Below are positions 1-6,739 of a stretch of DNA of 64,000 nt, piece by piece; position 1 is the stretch's first letter; every line of letters begins with the position of its first letter. Source of the stretch: Candidatus Saccharimonadales bacterium (GTDB taxonomy: Bacteria > Chloroflexota > Dormibacteria > Aeolococcales > Aeolococcaceae); contig DATLRB010000073.1 of NCBI GenBank assembly GCA_035534875.1, positions 35,961 to 99,960 of the forward strand. The letters are read 5' to 3'. The notes below the pieces were generated by a model. It searched no databases. It was not told where the DNA came from and saw only the letters and a list, made by a program, of their open reading frames with translations. Both the position numbers and the translations under genes were made by a program.

Positions 1-115
1 CGCAACCGGCAGGAAGACCCAACCCGTCGCCTGGGTCTGAGGGGCCCCGTCCCGGGGGGCGGGGCGGAGGCACTGGTATCATCGACCGCGCTGACGCTTG
101 CCGATGGCGAGCCAG

Positions 116-192
116 GGGCGCATAGCTCAGTTGGTACGAGCGCTGCGTTGACATCGCAGAGGTCATAGGTTCGATCCCTATTGCGCCCACCA
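116..192 (+). tRNA. tRNA-Val (anticodon GAC), 77 nt with encoded CCA
   Basis: Hand-folded cloverleaf: acceptor GGGCGCA/TGCGCCC, D-arm GCTC-AGTTGGTA-GAGC, anticodon stem CTGCG/CGCAG with loop TTGACAT (anticodon GAC), variable loop AGGTC, T-arm ATAGG-TTCGATC-CCTAT, discriminator A, CCA. Confidence 0.85.
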
Positions 193-380
193 TATCGTCA
201 CGTCTCGGGAGATTGGGCCACCTGTCTCACGTCGTTGTGGCAGGGTGGAGGCGGGCGCAGGGCGTTCCCAGGGCTGGCCGCTGTCCTCGAAGTCATGGCG
301 CTGCTGAGTGGATTCCCGCCCGGACACGACCCGGCGCCGCGCGGCGAAGGTTATTGTCGGAAATGTCGCTAACCTTCCCG

Positions 381-394
381 GGACAATATTGTCC
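381..394. promoter_or_regulatory. Perfect 14-bp palindrome GGACAATATTGTCC upstream of the HNH gene (candidate operator near the -35 position)
   Basis: Seen directly in the sequence; the two halves are exact reverse complements. It lies about 24 nt upstream of a TACAAT hexamer. Confidence 0.3.
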
Positions 395-401
395 GTGCTG
401 T

Positions 402-423
402 TCGAACAGGTGTTTGGTACAAT
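402..423 (+). promoter_or_regulatory. SOS-box-like TCGAAC-AGGT-GTTTGG followed by a TACAAT -10-like hexamer immediately 5' of the HNH gene start
   Basis: Matches the mycobacterial LexA consensus TCGAAC-N4-GTTCGA at 10 of 12 defined positions. The TACAAT at 418-423 abuts the GTG at 424, so the real start may be the leaderless GTG at 430. Confidence 0.3.
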
Positions 424-1560
424 GTGTCAGTGGAAGCGTTCGCGATATCTGATGCGCGAGACCGTGTGAATGAGGCTGTCGATGCACTCGTGGACGAGTC
501 CATCGACGATTTCTCGACACACGCCCTGGCCGCGGACCTGATCGACATCCGGCGGGCGATCGATCGGCTCGAAGCAGAGTTCGTCAGCCGCTTGCACCGC
601 TTTCACAGCGATGGCGGGGCGCTGGCCGATGGCGGGGTGAGCACGGTTTCCTGGCTGCGATCTCACTGCGGCATGACGGTGAAGGAGGCCGCCTACCGCG
701 TGCACCTGGCGCGGACGCTTGGCGAGTTGCCGGCAACGCTCGACAGCGCCCGTGCCGGTCGGGCCTCGTTCACCAACGTGACCATGATCGCCCACCTCGC
801 CGAGGACGTCGGCGTGGAGCAGGTGGCGCCGCTCGAGAGCATCCTGGTGGGAGCGGCGGAGACGCTCGAGCCTGGTGCCATGCGTACCCTTACCCAAGCC
901 GTCCGGCTGCGGCTCGACCCCGACGGCGTGCTCGCCGATGACAACCACGCCCATGAGCGCCGCTGGTTCGAGTGCGAGCAGACGTATGGTGGCGTGTTCG
1001 TTTTGCGTGGTGAGCTCGATGCCGAAGGCGGCGCCCTGGTCAAGACCGCGATCGATGCGCTCAGTCACGGCATGAGTCGTGGAGAAACGCGGTCGGGCTC
1101 GCAGCGCCGTGCCGACGCGCTGGTCGATCTTGCCGCCACGCAGCTGCGCTGCGGTGTCCACCGCGATGTGCACGGGCAGCGGCCGCATCTCACGGTCACG
1201 GTGAGCGCGGACACGCTGCGCTCTGGCGCCGGTGCACAGCCAGCCGAGTTGAGCGGCGCGGGTCGGATCCATCCGGAAACCGCGCGCCGCATCGCCTGCG
1301 ACGCGGTGCGGACGGTGGTCACGGTCGCGTCGCCAGCTGATGGTTCGGCTTGGACGGCCATGAGCACGCGTGCGCTGCCTCTCTCAGTCGGACGGGCCAC
1401 GCGCATTGTCCCCGCACATATCCGCAGCGCGCTGCGCCTCCGCGACCATGGCTGCCGCTTCCCGGGGTGCGATCGCCCGCCCGCGTGGACCGATGGCCAC
1501 CACATCATCCACTGGTCGGACGGCGGCCCAACCGAACTCGACAACCTCGTCCATGGTTAA
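424..1560 (+). pseudogene. DUF222 / HNH endonuclease (actinobacterial 13E12-repeat-family type), 5' fragment (378 codons) truncated inside the HNH motif by the insertion
   Basis: The C-terminal ...RFPGCDRPPAWTDGHHIIHWSDGGPTELDNLV is the first half of an HNH motif (HH...N), and the ORF stops 3 codons later (HG*). The missing final-His segment (LCRPHHRAVHEQGW) is found in-frame at 5985-6107. The N-terminal 300 aa are DUF222-like. Confidence 0.8.
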
Positions 1561-1571
1561 TACAACCCCTT
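1542..1571 (+). repeat. Direct repeat copy A (CAACCTCGTCCAT-GGTTAATACAACCCCTT), the left junction of the cassette array
   Basis: A 13-nt core CAACCTCGTCCAT is identical in copies A, B and C, followed by GTTA-N-TACAACCCCTT-like sequence. Similarity extends about 20 nt upstream and 15 nt downstream. Confidence 0.75.
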
Positions 1572-1728
1572 ACGTAGTGGCCAGCTCAGATCGTCCTTGG
1601 TGTCCGACGATGGGTGCTCCTCCCCCCCGGTGCCCGGAGGTCGGCCCGCAGGCAGACACGCTGGTTGCGTCCATCGATGAGCCGCCTGCGACACTGGTCT
1701 ACTGTCACGAGCGCGGGAGGAAACGGCG

Positions 1729-2622
1729 ATGACAGTGTCCGCTTCTCCGGTTGAGCCGAAGGTGCTCTTGGACGGGCTCGCCATGGTCGAGTCACCTCGC
1801 TGGCACGACGGCCGGCTGTGGTTCGCCCACTGGGGTGCGGGCGAGATCCGGGCGGTGGATCTCGACGGCAACAGCGAGGTCATGGGCCATGGCCCGGAGG
1901 GCCTCGGTTGGACGATCGACTGGCTCCCTGACGGACGCCTGTTGGTTACTGGCGCGGAGCTCCTGTGTGTTGGACCCGACGGCTCGTCGGCCCCGTACGC
2001 AGATCTCACCGACATCAGTGAACGCGGTTGGAACGACATCGTTGTCGATGGCCGTGGCAACGTGTACGTCACTAGCATCGCCTTCGACTACCTTGCCGGC
2101 AAGCCTCCTAACGCGGGGATCATCGTCTTGGTGACCCCGGACGGCAGCTCGCGCCAGGTGGCTGCGGGTCTCAAGTTTCCCAACGGCATGGTCGTCACAC
2201 CCGACAACTCGACGCTGATCATCGGCGAGTCCTTCGCCGGTCGACTCACGGCCTTCGACATCGACGCTGCCGGGAGCCTGTCCAACCGCCGCGTGTGGGC
2301 CGAAGGCTTGGGCCCGGATGCCATTTGCATGGACACAGAGGGGGCGATCTGGACCGGGACGGGGGACACCCGGCTCTCTACTGGCCGCGACGATTCGCCC
2401 GGTGGGGCCGTCGCCCGCGTCCGGGAAGGGGGTGAGGAGCTGAACCGGGTTGAACACGACCGCTCGATATTGGGCTGCGCGCTTGGCGGCCCCGACCGTC
2501 GGACGCTGTTCCTCGTCGCGACGGAATGGCGCGGCACCGATCAACTGGACAACGTCCTTGCGGCACGCACCGGACAGGTGCTCATCGCCCCGGCACCGGC
2601 GTCAGGAGTCGGGTGGCCATGA
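1729..2622 (+). CDS. SMP-30/gluconolactonase/LRE-family (SGL) protein, cassette 1 gene 1
   Basis: 297-aa ORF preceded by the RBS GGGAGGAAACGGCG. Beta-propeller-like repeats with a WHDGRLWFAHWGAGEI motif typical of SGL lactonases. Tandem paralog of the next gene. Confidence 0.7.
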   Translation: MTVSASPVEPKVLLDGLAMVESPRWHDGRLWFAHWGAGEIRAVDLDGNSEVMGHGPEGLGWTIDWLPDGRLLVTGAELLCVGPDGSSAPYADLTDISERGWNDIVVDGRGNVYVTSIAFDYLAGKPPNAGIIVLVTPDGSSRQVAAGLKFPNGMVVTPDNSTLIIGESFAGRLTAFDIDAAGSLSNRRVWAEGLGPDAICMDTEGAIWTGTGDTRLSTGRDDSPGGAVARVREGGEELNRVEHDRSILGCALGGPDRRTLFLVATEWRGTDQLDNVLAARTGQVLIAPAPASGVGWP

Positions 2623-3476
2623 GCGGGTGCTCAGTGAGCGACGATGACGGAATGAACGAGACACGCGTCGTGGTTGACGGCTTGGGCTTTCCGGAGTCGA
2701 CGCGGTGGCGCGACGGACGTATCTGGCTGTGCAACTGGGGTGCCGGCGAGGTACTGGCTCTGAGCATCGAGGGCGAGCGCGAAGTGATGGCTCGTCTCGC
2801 ACCGCATACCATTCCGCTGAGCATTGACTGGCTTCCCGACGGGCGAATGCTCGTCGTCGACGGGCCAGGAGGTAGGCTGCTGCGTCAGGAGCCGGACGGA
2901 ACGCTGGACATCGTGGCGGATCTCACCGCCTTCGGCAGCCCGCCGTTCAATGAGATCGTGATCGACGCAACCGGGAACGCGTATGTGAACGGTGGACCGG
3001 GAGTTATCCGTGTGCAGCCGGACGGGGGCATGCGCAAAGTCGCCGACGGCCTGCCCTGGCCCAACGGTATGGCGCTGGTCGACGATGGCCGCACGCTCGT
3101 CGTCGCTGATTCGCGCGCCGAGCAGCTCGTCGCGTTCGAGGTGGCGGACGACGGGACCCTCTCAGACCGCCGCGTCTGGGCCGACCTCGAGCACGCGCCC
3201 GACGGCATCTGCGCGGACGCAGACGGAGCTGTGTGGGTTGCGAGCGTTCCCGGTCAGCGCTGTGTGCGGGTGCGGGAGGGCGGCGACGTGCTCAACACGG
3301 TCGCCGTTGATCGAGGGTGCTTTGCCTGCATGCTCGGAGGCGAGGACGGTACGACGCTATTCATCGCGGCCGCCGAATGGCACGGGATGGAGGCGGCGAT
3401 GAGCGACGGGCCCGATTGGACCGGGCAGTTGCTCGCGGCGCCCAACCAGCCTGCACCGCACGCAGGCCACCCTTAG
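2619..3476 (+). CDS. SMP-30/gluconolactonase/LRE-family (SGL) protein, cassette 1 gene 2
   Basis: ATGA overlap with the upstream gene. The protein MSGCSVSDDDGMNETRVVVDGLGFPESTRWRDGRIWLCNWGAGEV... is collinear and about 40% identical by eye to the upstream paralog. Confidence 0.7.
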   Translation: MSGCSVSDDDGMNETRVVVDGLGFPESTRWRDGRIWLCNWGAGEVLALSIEGEREVMARLAPHTIPLSIDWLPDGRMLVVDGPGGRLLRQEPDGTLDIVADLTAFGSPPFNEIVIDATGNAYVNGGPGVIRVQPDGGMRKVADGLPWPNGMALVDDGRTLVVADSRAEQLVAFEVADDGTLSDRRVWADLEHAPDGICADADGAVWVASVPGQRCVRVREGGDVLNTVAVDRGCFACMLGGEDGTTLFIAAAEWHGMEAAMSDGPDWTGQLLAAPNQPAPHAGHP

Positions 3477-3532
3477 GCGCCCCGCCCAGCTCCACCTACT
3501 CCGCTGGGGCGTCGCGGGACGACGGCCCCTGG

Positions 3533-3562
3533 CAACCTCGTCCATCGTTAAAGCATCCCCTT
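3533..3562 (+). repeat. Direct repeat copy B (CAACCTCGTCCAT-CGTTAAAGCATCCCCTT)
   Basis: Same 13-nt core. In the HNH frame it reads G-N-L-V-H-R-stop. Confidence 0.75.
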
Positions 3563-3670
3563 TCCAAGCCCGCCGAGTGGGATCTGCTTCGGCCAGATCG
3601 CGACCGAGGTCGCCGGCGCTGCCCCGGTTCGGTAAGTACCATTGGACGCGTGGCTGACGGTTTCGTGCGG

Positions 3671-4165
3671 ATGCCTGGGGAGGGCGATCGGATCTCCCCT
3701 GCCATGAAGCTCAAAGTGGGCGACAGGCAGTCCGAGTGCTTCTCCGTGTTCGAAGTGGTCGACATCGGGCCAGGTTTCGACGTCGGGGCGCACCTGCATC
3801 ACAACGCCGAGGAGATGTTTTACGTCCTGGAGGGCGAGCTCGACTTGCTCGCTTTCGAGCCGCGGGTTCGGACGCCCACCGACTGGCAGCACTGGGAGTC
3901 TCACAGCGGGGCCAAGGTGGCTCGGGGCCGCCCGGGCAGTTTCATGTTCGTCCCGCACGGCTGCCCGCACGCTTTCGCCAACCCGGGCCCTGGCCTGGCT
4001 CGGATGATCTTCCTCGTTGCGCCGCCCGGTCACGAGCATTACCAAAAGGAGCTTGCGGAACTGGTGGTCAGAGCTACCGGCCCCTTGGACGAGGCGATCG
4101 GGCAGCTGCGGGCCCGTTACGACATCGAGCAACTCACCCCCCAGGTGGTGCCCAGGCCGCGCTAG
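3671..4165 (+). CDS. Cupin-domain protein, cassette 2
   Basis: Cupin motifs G(x)5HxH(x)3,4E ... GxxxxxPxGxxHxxxN are present as GAHLHHNAEEMFYVLEGE ... FMFVPHGCPHAFAN. The start could also be the ATG at 3704. Confidence 0.6.
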   Translation: MPGEGDRISPAMKLKVGDRQSECFSVFEVVDIGPGFDVGAHLHHNAEEMFYVLEGELDLLAFEPRVRTPTDWQHWESHSGAKVARGRPGSFMFVPHGCPHAFANPGPGLARMIFLVAPPGHEHYQKELAELVVRATGPLDEAIGQLRARYDIEQLTPQVVPRPR

Positions 4166-4486
4166 TTGGTCGCCGAGGAGAGCCCGCTGGGAGCTGTTGC
4201 CGGGCTGATCCGCGACCCCCTATGGCAGCGCCAAGCGCGCCGAGTAGACGCAGGTAAGACGCTTCTCGGTGCACCCGGAGCTCAGGACAAGCTGCTAGAC
4301 GCCCTCGTCGAGAGACCACTGGCAGACAGCACGATGAACGTGCGTCGACTAGGCTCGTCTGGCCCGGTGGCCACTTGCGCCTTACATCGACTCCGGGGGG
4401 TCCCTCCAGGATCGCCCACCAACAACCAACACGACAGAGGTAGGGCGCGTAGACCAACGGAGGGCGTGGTTTCCAACAGTTACGGC

Positions 4487-4516
4487 CAACCTCGTCCATT
4501 GTTAGTACAACCCCTT
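4487..4516 (+). repeat. Direct repeat copy C (CAACCTCGTCCAT-TGTTAGTACAACCCCTT)
   Basis: Same 13-nt core. In the HNH frame it reads A-N-L-V-H-C-stop. The element-side 17 nt match copy A at 15 of 17 positions. Confidence 0.75.
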
Positions 4517-4732
4517 CCCAGGGGCCACATGAGATCAGCGACGGCTCGCTAGTTTTGGTGGATGACGCTTGAGCAGGTAGCCGTTGCTCAAGACGGTCAG
4601 AGGCCGGGCACAGCCGGGAGCCGCAGCCACGACCTGCCGCCGAGATAGCTCCTTCGTTTGCGAGCTTCGAAGGGGCCAAATCACGGACGAGCTCGGCGCT
4701 CGCTTTTACGAATGCGTGCCTCGCAAGATATC

Positions 4733-5101
4733 ATGTCAGACATGACCGAGGACCGCGACCTGACCGAGTTGCGCCGTGGGGTGCTCGGTCCGTGCGTCCT
4801 CGCTCTCCTGGAGGAGCGCACCCGGTTCGGACTGGAGCTGGTGCGTGACCTGGCGTCCGCAGACAGCCTGCTGACGAGCGATGGGACCGTCTACCCCCTA
4901 CTCAACCGGATGCGCGACGCGGGGTTGGTGACCAGCGAATGGCGGGACGAGTTGAGAGAGCGGCCTCGCCGCTACTACGCGATCACCGCGGCGGGTCGGA
5001 GGCACCTCGCCGCGTTCCGGGCGGAGTGGCCCCGGTTCTCAGCGACCGTTTCCGAGGTATTGCGCAGCCCGGCTTTCGCCGTCGTGAGTGACGACAGATG
5101 A
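4733..5101 (+). CDS. PadR-family transcriptional regulator, cassette 3 gene 1
   Basis: 122-aa winged-helix protein with the PadR signature ...GYEL..L....GTLYPLL.RLE..G... (here GLELVRDLASADSLLTSDGTVYPLLNRMRDAGLV). A 13-bp palindrome CATGTCAGACATG overlaps its start codon. Confidence 0.7.
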   Translation: MSDMTEDRDLTELRRGVLGPCVLALLEERTRFGLELVRDLASADSLLTSDGTVYPLLNRMRDAGLVTSEWRDELRERPRRYYAITAAGRRHLAAFRAEWPRFSATVSEVLRSPAFAVVSDDR

Positions 5102-5976
5102 GCAGCGTCATGGAAAGAGACGACCGCGTACGAGCCTACCTCAGTGAGCTCGAGAGAGAGCTGCGAGTCTTGCCGGCACCGCAGGCTACCGAGCTGATGG
5201 AGCAAATCAGCGCCCACCTCGACGAGGCCCTGCCCCGGGGCAGCGCAGAGGAGACGGTGGCGGCGGTGCTGCGCCGGCTCGGCTCCCCCGCGAAACTGGC
5301 CGCTGAAGCGAAAACCACTGAGAGGCTCGACGAAGAGGCGCCCGAGATCGCCCGTTCGAGGTCGCCCCTTCGGCACCGGTACGGCTGGCGGGGCTGGGGC
5401 GCGATCGCGGCTGGCCTGGCCCTAGGGTGCGTCCTGACGACGTTGCTCGGGCTGTACATCGCAACGCCGAGCCTCTCTATCGGCGGTTCCTCAGCGTGGT
5501 GGTACCCGCAGGACCAGGCTCGGGCGGTCTATTCGTCGACGCTCGGCGCAGCCGCAACGACGGTTCCTGCTCGCCGCGCGCAGTGGCAGGGGTTCGTGGT
5601 CGAGGTGGAGAACCCAAGCAGCTCGGCTCAGACCGTCCTGGGCATGGCCTCTTCCACGGACAGCCCCACCGGCTTGGTCGGCATGGCCAACGTCACCGAC
5701 GTCAAGGTCGGCGTGTCCACGTACTCCAACTACACCGGCGCGGCGCCCAACTTTCAGAGCATGCACTTCACTACCGGGCAGACCATCCAGCCAGGCCAGT
5801 ACCGCTTCATCAGGGTGATCTGGATGACGGACCCGTGCAGCCTGGCCAATGGTTCCGGCTTAACCGGAACTGCCCAGGTGAACCTGGAGGTGCAGGTGGG
5901 CTGGTTCTCGCGCGAGGAGAACCTGACCCTCGATCCCGGCTGGCAGCTCTCGCTTGGGCTCGACTGTTCCGGCTGA
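5098..5976 (+). CDS. Membrane protein with an N-terminal DUF1700-type (HAAS-like) helical domain, the usual PadR-associated partner; cassette 3 gene 2
   Basis: ATGA overlap with padR. The N-terminus YLSELERELRVLPAPQATELMEQISAHLDEAL resembles DUF1700. A predicted TM helix (WGAIAAGLALGCVLTTLLGLYIA) is followed by a Ser/Thr-rich extracytoplasmic domain. Confidence 0.55.
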   Translation: MSSVMERDDRVRAYLSELERELRVLPAPQATELMEQISAHLDEALPRGSAEETVAAVLRRLGSPAKLAAEAKTTERLDEEAPEIARSRSPLRHRYGWRGWGAIAAGLALGCVLTTLLGLYIATPSLSIGGSSAWWYPQDQARAVYSSTLGAAATTVPARRAQWQGFVVEVENPSSSAQTVLGMASSTDSPTGLVGMANVTDVKVGVSTYSNYTGAAPNFQSMHFTTGQTIQPGQYRFIRVIWMTDPCSLANGSGLTGTAQVNLEVQVGWFSREENLTLDPGWQLSLGLDCSG

Positions 5977-5984
5977 TCCTCCCC

Positions 5985-6107
5985 TGCGGGAGCACGACCC
6001 TCGCGAACCTGGTCTCCCTGTGCCGGCCGCACCACCGCGCGGTGCATGAGCAGGGTTGGCGCCTCCATGTCGCTGACGGAGTTGCCGTCGTGGAGCCGCC
6101 GCCCTGA
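5985..6107 (+). pseudogene. DUF222/HNH endonuclease 3' fragment (final HNH histidine segment), separated from its 5' part by about 4.4 kb
   Basis: Encodes CGSTTLANLVSLCRPHHRAVHEQGWRLHVADGVAVVEPPP-stop. STTLANLV is a diverged duplicate of PTELDNLV at the end of the 5' fragment, and LCRPHHRAVHEQGW completes the HNH motif. Confidence 0.7.
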
Positions 6108-6166
6108 CGATCGTGCGACGCGGCAGGCAGCGTTTCCGGCGAGCGATCCTTGACCAGTACCGGCTC

Positions 6167-6739
6167 TCACCCGTCTGGTGTTGACCCCTTATCCGGCACG
6201 TTTCGGGATTCTGCGCGCTCGCGCCAACCGGTGGGGAAGCCAGGGTCCCACGCCGGGGTCTGTTTGCCGTCGAACAGGAACTGCTCGAGGTGGGTCACGA
6301 CGAAGCGGTGATCCTCAACCTGTGGCAGTCCGGACACCGCGACGGTGCCGACGCAGCCGCTCGACTCGACGAGGATCGGGAATGCTCCGCCGTGGGCGGC
6401 GAACTTCGCAACATCGAGGCGGGAGTCCCTGTCGAAGTCAAGTCCGTCGGCGCGAAATTTGCAGCCCACGAAATATGAGGAGTGCCCGTAGCGTTCAACC
6501 ACGGCTGCCTTGCGGAGCAGCCACGCATCGTTGTCAGCCGATGAGCCCGGCAGCGCGGCGTGGAACAGGCACTGACCGTTGCGCCGGATGGAGATCGCCA
6601 CCGGCAGGCGCAGCTCCAGCGCGGCGGCGCGCAGGTGCGACCCGAGCTCCCACGCGGTGTCGTGGTCGAAGTGGGAGAACACCAGACGCTCCTCTTCCGC
6701 AAGCAGCGTCGCAAGCAGCTCGGCCGGGGCTTCGCTCAT
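6167..6739 (-). CDS. DUF336 (GlcG/HbpS-like, heme-binding-type) protein
   Basis: GGAFPI motif (AAHGGAFPILV) and GxxGxVAVSG motif. ATGA overlap with the upstream oxidoreductase gene. Confidence 0.6.
   Translation of the reverse strand: MSEAPAELLATLLAEEERLVFSHFDHDTAWELGSHLRAAALELRLPVAISIRRNGQCLFHAALPGSSADNDAWLLRKAAVVERYGHSSYFVGCKFRADGLDFDRDSRLDVAKFAAHGGAFPILVESSGCVGTVAVSGLPQVEDHRFVVTHLEQFLFDGKQTPAWDPGFPTGWRERAESRNVPDKGSTPDG

Noticed and set aside
427-1272. 281-aa ORF on the minus strand, antisense to the DUF222/HNH gene
   Set aside because: Fully overlaps a well-supported plus-strand gene. It is Arg/Ala/Gly-rich, as expected for antisense frames in 70% GC DNA, and has no recognisable domain.
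1542-4516. Interpreting the boundary repeats as integron attC sites (the cassette array as an integron)
   Set aside because: The repeats contain AAC ... GTT only about 13 bp apart and lack the 57-140-bp imperfect inverted-repeat structure (R''/L''...L'/R') of attC. No intI or attI lies upstream in the window. The similarity to integrons is therefore kept only as an analogy (SOS control, co-oriented promoterless cassettes).
4166-4552. 128-aa ORF in the cupin-to-repeat-C spacer
   Set aside because: No RBS or domain, Arg/Pro-rich, and it runs through repeat C. It is more likely non-coding cassette spacer, though a degraded cassette gene cannot be excluded.
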